NCBI GenBank assembly: GCA_977862235.1
Contig: OZ374560.1
Location: 1,736,001-1,800,000 of the forward strand
Length of the DNA stretch: 64,000 bases
Reading direction: 5' to 3'
Source of the DNA: Dudresnaya verticillata
Lineage: Eukaryota
Shown: positions 37,801 through 48,996 of the stretch, piece after piece
Layout of the letters: the number at the start of each line of letters is the position of its first letter
Position numbering within the stretch: the stretch's first letter is position 1
The notes under the pieces: model-generated
Database searches by the model: none
Seen by the model: only the letters and a program-made list of their open reading frames with translations
Told to the model about the DNA's origin: nothing
Made by a program: the position numbers and the translations under genes

Positions 37801-38499
37801 AGCATCCCGCATCAGCCTTGATCGCTGATCGCGTTCCCTCAAACTTGGTACGTCGTCCGACCGGAGGAAGGTGTTTCTTGCATCACGCTTTGGTAAAGCT
37901 ATAGATACCTTACCGTACAACTTCATGAAAGAAGGCCCACCGGCAGGCGTGAACTTGAGGTCCATGAAGGATAGACAGGTAGCGAAGAGAGATTTAAACT
38001 GTACGGACATAGTACGGAAAGCTCGGGGCTTGTATACATCTTCCAGCTGATTGGACTGCTGTCTCCTTTGGAACGTAACGCCCCATCCAAAAGGACTCTT
38101 CTTTCCGCAACAAACACCATCAACTTCCTTTCCAAGTACCAAACTTCCGCAGTACTTGCAGGTGCTTGTAAATAGCGTCCATCCTTCTATAGAACAGCGT
38201 CGGGCAGTATGGCTTCGGTCTCCACAGTTGCAACATCTTCACCTCGTGTCTCGAGAAGTATTGAACTCCTCAGGCATGCTTCCGGATGCCTTAGCATCCT
38301 CTGAACGTTGACCAAAGGCATAGTAGACAGAATAAAGTCCGTTTCCAACCTTTCCTACTTCAGACATACGAGTAGCATCTTTATCCCCGAAACGGGCTCT
38401 TCAATGTTGTTCTCATACATGCCGCTCACTGGACCATTTGTAACGTGATCGCCTTCCTCTAAGAGCGTTTCTTGATCCGATTCAGGCACCTGAGTCCAC

Positions 38500-38880
38500 C
38501 GTGGCCTTCCACTGCCCGCACGAGATCCTCCAGCGTTTACCCGAGCACCTCCGGAATTCGCACGTGCTCCACCGGTGTTGCTGCGAGCCCCTCCAAAGTT
38601 CGCTCGACTTCCTCCAGCATTAATTCGAGCGCCTCCCACGTTTTCCCTTGCTCCGCCCGCTTTCTGGCGCGAGCCTCCCACGTTTTCTCTTACCCCACCC
38701 GAATTTTGACGCGCACCACCCGAATTCTGACGCCCCCCCGAATTCGCACGCGCTCCTCCGGCGTGATCGCGTTGAACACCAGAATTGCGCCTTGAGCCAC
38801 CTGAATTCGACCTTGCACCACCTGAATTACGCCTGGTACCACCTGAATTCACCCGTGCCCCGCCAGAATTTTCCCGCAGC
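38500..38880 (-). repeat. Coding 21-bp degenerate tandem repeat (GG[A/S]RxN[S/A/V] heptads) in the Helitron N-terminus
   Basis: Translation ...NSGGARVNSGGTRRNSGGARSNSGGSRRNSG... with about 17 units. Confidence 0.85.
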
Positions 38881-39575
38881 CCACAAGAGTTAGGTCGCGG
38901 ACCCCCACGTATAATTTCCGTTTCCACTTGACGTTGACCTTCTGCCTTCTCGCTTCGCTCTAGCCCGCACGTGCGCGCAGACAACTTAAGCGGCTAAGAC
39001 TCAAGCCGAGGTTTCACAGTTACACGACTTTGTTGTTCGCACTGGTAGCAGCCAGCAACTCGTGAGCTGCAAGAAAGCTTGCAACTTCAAGCGTTCTGCT
39101 AGGGGAGCGGGGACAAATAGCTTGGTTAGGTGTACGGCCACACCGCTCACCAAGCCTAACCCCCTGCAAGACACGGACGCGGCTACCGACAAACGCCCAC
39201 CCCGTTGTGACTCCACCCTAGATGCGGGCTAGCTCTGGCTGCACAAGGCCTCCAAATCACCGAATTGCTCAACTCCCACTGCCTGTTCACTCGCGTACTG
39301 TTGTGCCAGGCTGCCTCACGACGGAGACTTCACATTTCAATCGAAGTTAGTCCTGAGAGCGGTCCCGTGCCGTCCTCAGCAGCCTGACGTCGCACGCTTC
39401 GCTTCGCGGTGGGGGGGGCGAGGTACTGATCAACGCAAGGTGGCACTGTATATATGCGCGCGGCAGCGCAGAAACAGCAGCATGCAACAGTACTGTGCAC
39501 AAGCACCACTCCGTGCACCTCTGCCTGCGAAGCACCCACTGCACCACTGCGTCGGAGATCATGCGGCACAAAAAA

Positions 39576-39711
39576 TTACGTACTGTATGCCATTACGTAC
39601 TGTATGCCATTACGTACTGTATGCCATTACGTACTGTATGCCATTACGTGCTGTATGCCATTACGTACTGTATGCCATTACGTACTGTATGCCATTACGT
39701 ACTGTATGCCA
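39576..39711. repeat. 17-bp minisatellite (TTACGTACTGTATGCCA) x8
   Basis: Eight head-to-tail units with one substitution in unit 5 and no spacers. Confidence 0.97.
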
Positions 39712-40053
39712 CACATATCTATAATATCACACGCGCCTGGGAGTCAGTACTGCCAAATCGCCAAGCGCACAGCCAATAACAGAGCTCGTGCGCCACGTAC
39801 TGTATACCCGCGGCTCTGCAAGCAGCTTTCAGCACGCATGCGCGCAGCCAATCACAGTTGAGCTTTGCTGCTGCTTCTGTGCTGATTTTTTCATTGGCGG
39901 CGCGGTACTGTATATTAGATATAATGTGGGGGCGTAGAAACTATTTGTAGCGCGAAGTGGCAGCATTGGCGCAGCGATGTAGAATTTTGTTTGATTTTGC
40001 AACCCTACCCTGCCTAATACTACCCTTTGGGAGGTCATACCCATATAAATTCT

Positions 40054-40594
40054 TTCTGTCTCTTGCGCATTTCTTCGAATCATGGACCAGAGTCCAAGTC
40101 TTAATCCTTGCCAGTGCAGTCCACGAGTTTGGCCGGCGCCGAGTGCGAGAGTCAATCTCACCCCGGCTGCGTGGCCTCCAGAGAACTAAACTAGCTACTA
40201 CAACAGTACTGTTAAAACCGAGAGGTGATGGGGTTGGTGGTGGGAGGTAAAGACAAAGGCTCAGAGCCGGCCCTTTTTGGCGCTGCGCGGCAGCGGGCTT
40301 CGCATTCTTAAGCAAGCAGACCGCTCCGCGCGGCCGTCAACTGCAACAAAGATTGCCGTCGGGCCAGCTGTCACCGCACGAGGTTGATCCTTCCGCGAAT
40401 TTCTACGCTGCGGATTCCCTGACCCTTTGTCACCCCCAAGTACAGAAAAATGTTCTGTCGAATAACCATTCTGTCTCTTGCGCATTTCTTCGAATCATGG
40501 ACCAGAGTCCAAGTTTTAATCCTTGCCAGTGCAGTCCACGAGTTTGGCCGGCGCTGAGTGCGAGAGTCAATCTCACCCCGGCTGCGTGGCCTCC
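40054..40594 (-). repeat. 3' split repeats B2 (40054-40179), A2 (40245-40469), B1 (40469-40594)
   Basis: Near-identical direct repeats visible by inspection. Confidence 0.95.
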
Positions 40595-40603
40595 GCACCC
40601 TCT

Positions 40604-41566
40604 CTAACTGGCACCTGACCAGCGTGCCGCATAGCGAGGAACTCTCCTTTCAGCGTCGCGATGAATGGATACCTTGAGAAGCAGGCCTTTGCCAGCCTGC
40701 AGATATCGCGTGCAGGACTCAGCGGATTTCCATCGACCTTTAAACTGCACATCTTCGAAGGGCATTTTCGCGAGCCAGTCGCTAGTGTCCCCTCCATGCC
40801 GCAGGGAGTGAAGCGTGTACCCGCAGGCATCCAAATTGAGATGTTTGAGCGCGTTTGTAAGAGCCCGCGAACACTGGCCATAAGACAAGTCGAAAAGCAG
40901 TGTGTCCGGACATTCGATGTTGCGTAGCTGGATCCATGTTTGCAGCCTCCTAAGCAGGCGATGGTTATCAAGAGGTACGAACTGGTCCTTGCCTGTTTTT
41001 GCTTCCTTGACCAGGCATCCGGCACGGTGCGGGTGCAAGTTGTCCGTAAGACGAGCGTCGCCTGGAAACGCGAGATCGCGTACGCGCAAGGACAATAGTT
41101 CCATCGATCGTAGGTAACCATGGTGCGCTAATGCGAAGGCGAGAGCCAGGTCAAGGCGCTGCCGTCTCACATAAAAGCCGCACACTGCAGATAGAACTTG
41201 ACAAGAGAGCGGCGGGGGAGACCGTCCGGGCACAAGACGATTCCAACCCTCGAGCGCTTGGCGGGCCAGCTGGAGCGTCCTTTTTAGCCGTGCATCAAAG
41301 AACTCGATGCCGTAGAGAGCGTTGACGGCGCGCTGGCGGGACCCACGGCGCGGATCATCATCGAAACGATATGTGATATACTCAACCAAGGCGTCGTCGA
41401 CCTGATGTGGGTAGGAGGCGAGCGGACGGTTCTGCGGTAACCAGGCGCAGAAAGATTCCACAGCTTGTCGGTAGGCTCTGTAAGTTCCGGGTTTGATTGA
41501 GGCTCTAGCAAGCGGCCCCATCTTCCTGATGCGCTCGCATAGAACGGCGTGCACGAGACGGTCCAT
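40604..41566 (-). CDS. Tyrosine recombinase of YR retrotransposon (320 aa)
   Basis: GYLRSMELL (R), AKTG (K), YTLHSLRHGG (HxxR), GRWKS (W), RYL (Y): full catalytic set in an open frame. Confidence 0.93.
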   Translation of the reverse strand: MDRLVHAVLCERIRKMGPLARASIKPGTYRAYRQAVESFCAWLPQNRPLASYPHQVDDALVEYITYRFDDDPRRGSRQRAVNALYGIEFFDARLKRTLQLARQALEGWNRLVPGRSPPPLSCQVLSAVCGFYVRRQRLDLALAFALAHHGYLRSMELLSLRVRDLAFPGDARLTDNLHPHRAGCLVKEAKTGKDQFVPLDNHRLLRRLQTWIQLRNIECPDTLLFDLSYGQCSRALTNALKHLNLDACGYTLHSLRHGGDTSDWLAKMPFEDVQFKGRWKSAESCTRYLQAGKGLLLKVSIHRDAERRVPRYAARWSGAS

Positions 41567-43493
41567 CGGCGGGATTTAGGTTGGACGGGACCCAATATAA
41601 GGCAAGGCGGACGTCCGCGAGAGCCAATGCCGCAGCAATGCGACGGCACACAGTGTTCAACTTCCGGGAGCTCGAGCGGCCTTTGCGAAGCGCTCCCAAG
41701 GCAACAGAGCTGTCAAGCAGAAGCGCCATACGTTTGCCGACCGTGGCCGGGTAGCAGCGCATGTGGCGAACCGCTAACAATGCAGCTTCCGTTTCCAACA
41801 CATTGATATGCTCGTTGTGCCGCCTCCATGGTGTTGAAATCGCCGTTTTGAAAGAGGCTCGCGAGAGCGTTTCACGGAAAACGCGCGACACGTCCAAGGG
41901 ATGACCACCGGCCAGAGGTCGACCGGCCAACACATCTCGCGCATGTTCCACAACGGTAGGGCCTTCCGTGCCTTGCAAGGAGGAGCACCATCCTTTCCGA
42001 ATTTGGGTCTCTTGTATGACAGAGAGGAAACGCGAGTGCTCGTGGGAGCCTAAGTCACAATACGTGACGGCGCCCCCAGAGGGGCAGGCGTCGGTGGCGT
42101 ACACGCGGAAGCTGTACTTATCGCGGAGGTCCATAAACATCAAATGGAAAAGGTCGAGCAACATTCCAAGCTCCAACAATTGCGAAGGGAAGAGGGGGCG
42201 GCGTTTCATCGGACGGCTTAGGGGGACTAGATCGTAAACAGAACTCATCGTCGATAGTAGACTCCGACGAAGCAAACAGGCCCAGGTCCATTTTCCCAGT
42301 AATCGCTGCATCTCCCGAGGGCTCGAGGATCCCCGTGCCAACATGTCCTGCGTGTCTTCTAACAAGCTCCGCGCGAAAGTTGGCTTGACGGTCAGGATGC
42401 CTACCGGCCACCACCACAGCCCCAAAGCGACCCTCGGTGACCTACGAGAGGCGACTTGCCGTTTTTCCGGAGCGTCGGGCAGGTTGTGCTCTGCCAGTGT
42501 CTTAGCGAGCTTGGCAGATTCCCGATTCACCTGTGCACGACAACTTCCTACAGTGTTAAAGTCGTCCAGGTACACCACCTGTACTTAGTTGTCGCGGCGA
42601 AGCGAATGATCCCCGTCGGAGAGAAGCACCCTCCCCCCCAGGCCCGACCGCCGGACCAGCGCCAGCGAAGCAGTTTGCGCCAGACTGACTGCAAACGTGA
42701 TGCCCATAGGGAGGCAACGTAGACATGGTACGACGAAATTGGAGCTAAGCGCGGTATCAACCTCCGCGGCTGCAACACGAGGCAGTCCGAGGAAAGGTAT
42801 GAGGAACGCCGGAGCCTGCAGTCGGTTGTAAAATTGTGAGATATCACAGGAGGCCAAAAAGAGCTGCTCACCTTCTGGCAAACGCAGCTCGCCCAGCAGA
42901 TCCGGAGTGGGGAGATCAACTGCACTGGCAGCCGGGCGGCACAATTTGTTAGACCGCGTGCCACCCCATATTAACCGCTGGCTGACTCCCGGTTCCTTCC
43001 ACACTCCAAACAGGGAGTTTTCCACCACCGCGGCACTCGGTTCCTTAAAACAGATCATTCCGCTGCGCAACATCTTTTCAAGAAGGGCTGGATATTGTCC
43101 CTGCTTCACACCCAAGAAAACTTTTTCGCCGGACAACTCGGTCCACGACGGCCGTTCCTCGGTGGGTAAGAGCAAATGCTCCTCGGTCAGTTTGTAGTAG
43201 TCCTCCGGGAAGAAAATGTCCCGGAGATCGGCAGTAGCGGCTTGGTCCGGGGCGGGTATTGCCGTTAGTCGGTGATCTAGCAGGCATTGATCGCCTCGCT
43301 GCTTACCTGCCCCAGTCCAATAACCTGCGTCCGCTGCGCGCTTGACCTCTGAGTTGGTAGAGCGCTGCGCAGCCGCATTGAGCGCAACGGTACGCTTTGC
43401 AGCGTCACCGAAGCCCTCTGTGACACAACCTCTAGGAGCATCTCTCCAAGACGCAGCTCCGTTGCAAGGCGTGTCAAGGCGACCAGATCCCAA
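41505..43493 (-). pseudogene. RT/RNase H ORF of YR retrotransposon, one in-frame TAA at 42585-42587
   Basis: CDISQFYNRL, CLPMGITFAVSLAQ, VVYLDD (RT); VYATDAC, HINVLETEA, LLLDS, WVPSNLNPADGPSR (DIRS-type RNase H). Confidence 0.9.
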
Positions 43494-43591
43494 CCACCCT
43501 AAGGCGAGGCGGAGGCGAGTTTCCGTAGTTTCCTCGCTCGCCCAATTGCGGGCTGGAAGGGAACCTGATAGCCCATGATTCGAAATCTCTT

Positions 43592-45478
43592 TTAATGCTT
43601 CATCTGACGGCGCGTTTGCGCCCGCTCGCCGCTCCCGATCCCCATGAACTCCATATTGGAGATCTCGAAGTCCGCTCTCCTCGAGCGTTCCACCGAGGTC
43701 ACGGATTTATCGATTGTGACGAGGTACCGCACGCGTCTCTCGACTGCCGTTGAATAGCACAGATGGTGGGGATGGAACTCGTCGAACAGGGACGCCAGTG
43801 CTAGGCCGACCACGAGAACTGTGCGGGCGAGATGGCCGTCCCCATTCTCCTTCTCGGGCGATCCTATCCTTGCCGCGAGTTGCTTCACATGAGCTTCCAG
43901 AGAGCCGTTGGTGAGCCAGCTCTCCACCTCGAAAGGGGCGATGCAGTCGGGGGCTCTGAGTGCCAGACCCGACCTCCGCTCTCGGGGTCGAAGCTGGTGG
44001 AGACGGACATCGGTAAAGCGATCCCCGCAATCCTGCGGGGATATCTCCAGCCTGCGTGTGTGGCAGACCTGGTCGGTCACTCTCTGCTGCTCCTGATATA
44101 TGTCCAAAAAAGCCTCAAGTTGGGAAGGGCTAGAAAAATGATTGCGCAGCGGCTCATATAGTGTTACGAAGGCGGGCCCTCCGTGGCGCAGCACGCGCCG
44201 GAAACGTTTCGGTGCATGCTGATATGCGCGTTGCTGCCTCCGGTTCAGCCCCTTCATGTCCGGTGGGAGAGAAACGCTCCCGTCCGAATCTTCGTCGGAC
44301 GAACCATCATCCAGGGTGTCTGAATCTGATCCCGCGGACGACACGGAGCTCCCGCCGTTTGCCGCCTGCCCTTCTCCCGCACGCAACAGGAAAGATTGGC
44401 TTCCCCCCGCGGCTTTGGACTTCCCAGTGCGTTTGGAATTATTTGTCTTCTTGCGGCCCTGCCGGCGGCCGGACTCGGACGCAGGCCTCTGCTTCTCACA
44501 CAAATCGTCAGCGCTTATCCCCTCACCCTCATCCGTGCTAGCGCGTGAGCCTTCGATCTCCTGAACGCCTATTTTGCTCGGGCGAGCGGGGTGAGCCGTC
44601 GTAGGGCCAGGCCTGACAGAACTGCCAACATTTCGTAACAGGGTATCTAGCTCAGCGCGACACCTCGTGGCCTTCGGCGAGCCCTCCCAGGAAGCACCTG
44701 AAACAAACTTGGCAAGACGTGCGGCCTCATCCGCATCCAAATTCTGCACTAAACCGGTAGACCAATGCTTGCGGAAAAGAGACAACTTGTCTCCCCCTGA
44801 CAGCCCAACAAACCGTCCGATGAACCCCTCGACAGTGTGCGCGGACGTCGCCTCGCTGCAAAGCGAGAACAGGCACTTTATAGCTGTCTTTGCCGGAAGG
44901 CGATACCCAAACTTCTTATGCGGGTTCTCGAGATCGAAGATAACGCCGATAGAGTCTAAGACCTTAGCAATTCCGTGCGATTCACGGTGCGGCCGCTCCT
45001 TGACAAAGACGGGATCGACAGCTGCGCCGACACCTAAGCGACCGGCACTCTCGCCTTCAGCACTCTCCCAAGTACGGCGAATGTCCATTGCGATCCCATC
45101 GGCATCACGGCTTCCAGGAGAGACGGAAGAGTACACTGCGCGAAGGAAAGACTTGCAAGCAACCTCCCCATCCTCCGCAGTTGGGCAGTCGACGGCCTTG
45201 AATCCAGCCTCGACCAGAGTCTCTCCAATCGACTCTGTTAGAGAGTAGAGCTCCTCAGGAGTCGAAGATTCGATGTACGCATTGAGCAGTCTTTTCCACG
45301 AAAGCGAGCGGAAGTAAGAGATGAGCTCCGAGCCCTTGAGCACCTGCAGCTTTTCGCTAGCATTAGATGGCACCGTCAGCACCGCCGCCTGCTCCATCGC
45401 GGGGAAACGTAGAAAGAAACAGAAACTGCAAACTCCGCGAGAGACGGCGGCAGGGCTGACCCTATTAGGTAAAGACAA
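43592..45478 (-). CDS. ORF1 (gag-position protein, 628 aa) of YR retrotransposon
   Basis: Long open frame starting inside repeat A1, upstream of RT; assignment is positional with no recognised motif. Confidence 0.7.
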   Translation of the reverse strand: MSLPNRVSPAAVSRGVCSFCFFLRFPAMEQAAVLTVPSNASEKLQVLKGSELISYFRSLSWKRLLNAYIESSTPEELYSLTESIGETLVEAGFKAVDCPTAEDGEVACKSFLRAVYSSVSPGSRDADGIAMDIRRTWESAEGESAGRLGVGAAVDPVFVKERPHRESHGIAKVLDSIGVIFDLENPHKKFGYRLPAKTAIKCLFSLCSEATSAHTVEGFIGRFVGLSGGDKLSLFRKHWSTGLVQNLDADEAARLAKFVSGASWEGSPKATRCRAELDTLLRNVGSSVRPGPTTAHPARPSKIGVQEIEGSRASTDEGEGISADDLCEKQRPASESGRRQGRKKTNNSKRTGKSKAAGGSQSFLLRAGEGQAANGGSSVSSAGSDSDTLDDGSSDEDSDGSVSLPPDMKGLNRRQQRAYQHAPKRFRRVLRHGGPAFVTLYEPLRNHFSSPSQLEAFLDIYQEQQRVTDQVCHTRRLEISPQDCGDRFTDVRLHQLRPRERRSGLALRAPDCIAPFEVESWLTNGSLEAHVKQLAARIGSPEKENGDGHLARTVLVVGLALASLFDEFHPHHLCYSTAVERRVRYLVTIDKSVTSVERSRRADFEISNMEFMGIGSGERAQTRRQMKH

Positions 45479-45691
45479 AGGCTCAGAGCCGGCCCTTTTT
45501 GGCGCTGCGCGGCAGCGGGCTTCGCATTCTTAAGCAAGCAGACCGCTCCGCGCGGCCGTCAACTGCAACAAAGATTGCCGTCGGGCCGGCTGTCACCGCA
45601 CGAGGTTGACCCTTCCGCGAATTTCTACGCTGCGGATTCCCTGATCCTTTGTCACCCCCAAGTACAGAAAAATGTTCTGTCGAATAACCAT
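45467..45691 (-). repeat. 5' repeat A1 of the Ngaro-like element
   Basis: Direct repeat of 40245-40469 with few substitutions. Confidence 0.95.
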
Positions 45692-45949
45692 ACTATTAGG
45701 TAAACAGCTGATGAAAAGAACGAAGAAAATTCCATATCGGCTAGCGCCGTCGAGTGGTCCATCTGAATACCGCCGCTTTGTCCCTTACCGAGCTGCTCTC
45801 AAGCTGTACCGTGCTGATGTGTTGTTGTATTTTATTTGTTGTTTAGCGTGGTCCTGCGTGGGCGACTTTGGCCCATTTGCTGGCACACGTGCTTTTGGTG
45901 AGCAGGAAGTGGTACACTACTGGATGGGGTGGCTGTGGTCGGTGGGCAG

Positions 45950-48900
45950 GTCTACTGGGAGGCAGGCGGTGAGGGGTAGTCTTCGGAGCATATACTACGG
46001 ATGGCCCGCAGGGCGTCACAGACGCGGTGGGCGGCAGATGGATCGGGGTCTTGAAGTGACAGGAGTGACAGGGTCTTCGTGTGCGGTCGCATCGCGAGGC
46101 GGGCAGCTTGGCAGCTGGGTGGGATCGGGAAAGTCCCAAGATGCCAGCGCGTGGCTAGCTTCCTGTCTTGGTGGTCCGGGAGTTCCAGGGCTAGAGGTAA
46201 CCGGTAGTGGCTGTAAACTGGCGCCGTTCTTCTTCCTGATAGTGCCATCGTCCATTCCCTTATTGCGAGTGTTTTAGGTGACGTACCTCGGTGGGGACTC
46301 TGTTGGATGCCTGGACATCGAAAGATCGATAGCGCTGTAAGTGTCCTACGTGCCTGCCATGAGGCTGGGGTGTTCTGCCGCTAGGTCAAGCGGCGCAGGC
46401 TCTGAACGAGTTTGTGTTGTAGGGATCTTTGTCGCAGTGTTGGGGGCTCCAGCCTGTACAGGGCTCGGAGTTTGCGTAAACGAGGTGCGGTAACGACTGG
46501 TGATGCTTGAGAGATACATAGGCGGAGGAACTGTGCGTCGAGCTTGTCGAGAGCTTGGGTTAGGTCTTGTGTGCACGGGACGAGTGCTAGGCCGTGTTCA
46601 ATTATTGGACATATGAAGGCTGAGTAGACATATCGGGCGGCGGGGGCAGGCATTGTTGAGCTTAGGTGACCCATTCTCACTAGCTCGCCTACAGCACGTT
46701 GGGCTTTTCTTACGCGCTGTATAGATGTGGCTGTCCCGATTCCAGACGTTGAAATGTCGACTCCCAGGTAGCGAACACTTTGTTGATGCACTATTCTCTC
46801 ATTGTTCAGGGTGAATGTGCAGTTGTTAGGGCGTGTGCGGTGCTGGTCCGGCATGAGGATGGCACATTTCTTGACAGACCAGCACATGCCTGTGTCTCGG
46901 GCCCACTCTTCGCCGACCTGGGGTGCTGTATGAATAAATGCAGGTGATGGTCCATGGAGTAGGCAATCATCTGCGAACAGGCGGCCGGGCGGGTTTGATG
47001 CAGGTCGGTTCAGCCGCTCACATAATGCGTACGCTAGAGCGTCAATGAACAAATTGAATAAAACTGGGCTTAGCGGAGATCCCTGCACGACCCCCCTTCT
47101 GACTTCTGCGCTGCAAGGCGTCGCGTCGCCCACGGTCCTTACATAAAGGGAACCCAGGGTGGAGGTTATCATCGCTGTGAGGTGCGGCGGGAGTCGCTCT
47201 TCGCACAGGGACAGAAGTTTGGGGCGGTCGACTCGATCATACGCGCTTTTGAGATCAAGAACGGCTATGTAATCATCTCCAGCTGTTACGGACTCCATGG
47301 TCATGCCAATTGCCATCTCTGTGCGCAAATGCTTCTGGAACCCCAGCTGCATACGGTGCGGCTTAAATACGCGTTCAACATCATAGGCAATCGCCCTTTC
47401 CACTGCTTTGCGAAGGTGGGATAGCAGGCAGAGTGGGCGGTAGCTGTCCGGAATGTCCCGGGCTCCGGTCTTGTGTATCGGAACGAGTATTCCCTGACGC
47501 CAGCTGTCTGGGTATATTTCATGGTCACCGCAGCATTTCCAGATCGCGAAGAGTAGGTCGGCAGCCAGGTCGGGGCACAACTGCAGCATCTCTATATGTA
47601 CTTGATCAGGCCCGGCCGCTTTTACTTTAGACAGGGAGCGAATGGCTCGTTTGAGGGACTTCTTGAAGGATGTTGGGACGTAGAAGATTCGAAGGGAGGG
47701 AGCCGGTGGGGTTTCGGGCGGTGAGCACATGTGGCGGGTAAAGCTGGCTGGTTGCAGCTTCGGGCCAGGCGCGGCGAGAAGATCTGATCGACGTTTCCTT
47801 TTGCGTTGCTGCGCTCGTATCGCTCGTGACAGGTCCGATTGTGGCCGGAGCTCCAGCTCTTGTCGTGTTGCACTTTCCTGCCTTCGCTTGATTGCTCGCA
47901 AGCGAGAGCGGACTATGCGCTGTAGTCTTTTGAATTCTTGTTCTAGTCCCTCCCTCTCGCGTGTATCGCCTGAGTTGATGAGTTTTCTGTGGGCTCTTTG
48001 GCGCTGCTTTCTGAGAATTTCCAGGGCCGGAGGCCAATATGTCTTCGAATGACGTTTATGTCTGGTGCTAGTAGATCGGTTCTGTATCCAAGGACGCAGA
48101 AGAACCTCAGGTAGGGTTGCAAGGACTCGCTGAGCTTCCTCTGGGGTCTTTACGTTGGAGAGGCTTTGGATAAATTTGGGGAAGCTTTCCTTGTACTGGC
48201 GGAGAACTTGGGCGCGGCGTTGTGGGATGGCGAGAGTTGGCTTGCTAACGCATGGATGATTTGCGGGTTGGGGGGTGTCTTCCGGTGCTTCTATTCTTCG
48301 TTTCGGCTTTTCGTGTCCACTGCGCGTCGGTAACCGCACAAGCACAGGCGAGTGGTCGCTGGAACCGTCCCAGGGGCCTTCAGCAATGTACGGGAGTAGA
48401 ATGGCACCGTGGTTGGCGACTACGAGGTCGATGGTACTGGAGCCACCGCTGCCATTGCGGCATCGGAAAGTAGGTGAGGCGCAAATACGTCAAAGGGGCT
48501 ATTAGCTCACCATTTGACCAGGGCGTTGCCTCTTTGATTGCTTGAGGGGCACCATCGCGTGCTTCTAGCGTTGAAGTCTCCGAGCACAACCGTGGGTCCG
48601 TTCATCCGATTCTTGACTGTGTTGAGGACGAGCGCGACGTGGTCGCTGGTAGCACGTGGGCTGATGTATATTCCCACGATGTCTCCTACACTCTCAATGT
48701 GGATGCACAGTGCCTGGTAGAGGGATGGGTGACTCGGTGGCTCCGGTTGAAGCGCGTATCTCTTCCATGCTCGGCGAGAGGGGTTGACGTAGATTGCGTC
48801 GCCCCCGAGCCATGGGCCGGTCGCTCTGGCGCGCGTCGCGGGGAGAGTAAAGGTAGTCTGTGGGAGTGGGTTTTTGCGCGTGGGGGAGGTGAGTTTCCGT

Positions 48901-48996
48901 GAGGGCCAGGGCTGCTAGGTCGGTTGTCGAGATGAGATCCATAACATCTGGTACGGTGTGTCGTAGGCCTGCGACGTTCCATGTCCCGATCAACAT
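45950..48996 (-). pseudogene. LINE ORF2 (APE + RT), a few lesions; 654-aa open RT segment at 46381-48345
   Basis: MLIGTWNV, LTETH, VLGDFN, STIDL, SDH; KAAGPD, LVPIHK, YRPLCLL, QLGFQ, LDLKSAYDRV, GVVQGSPLSPVLFN, FADD, YLGV. Confidence 0.92.

Larger units (their letters stand above)
33024..38984 (-). pseudogene. Helitron RepHel polyprotein, frameshifted and interrupted by a solo LTR
   Basis: CKYCG...E...CCGKK N-terminal Zn motif; Rep HUH motifs EFQERNTPHNHML and HINVE...AYLMKY; helicase GTGKTYL, AATGIAA, FGGLSIVFAGEYLQ.LPV, RRQFPIRLAF, AQGQT, GQLYI. Confidence 0.92.
32537..39919 (-). mobile_element. Helitron (rolling-circle transposon), decayed; termini tentative
   Basis: Rep and PIF1-like helicase remnants. 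Candidate 5' end A|TCTAATATACAG at 39919. GC-rich hairpin TCGCGGCGC-GGC-GCGCCGCGA (32573-32593) upstream of a CTAA|T at 32540-32537. Confidence 0.85.
40054..45691 (-). mobile_element. Near-intact Ngaro-like tyrosine-recombinase retrotransposon with split direct repeats (A1-ORF1-RT/RH-YR-B1-A2-B2)
   Basis: Repeat A 45467-45691 = 40245-40469; repeat B 40469-40594 = 40054-40179; gag-like, RT/RNase H and YR ORFs in order; no MT domain. Confidence 0.92.

Noticed and set aside
39576..39711. CRISPR-like array
   Set aside because: Units are contiguous with no spacers, and there are no cas genes; this is a minisatellite
40604..41566. Phage/integron integrase implying a prokaryotic island
   Set aside because: It is linked to RT/RNase H and split direct repeats, i.e. 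a eukaryotic YR retrotransposon
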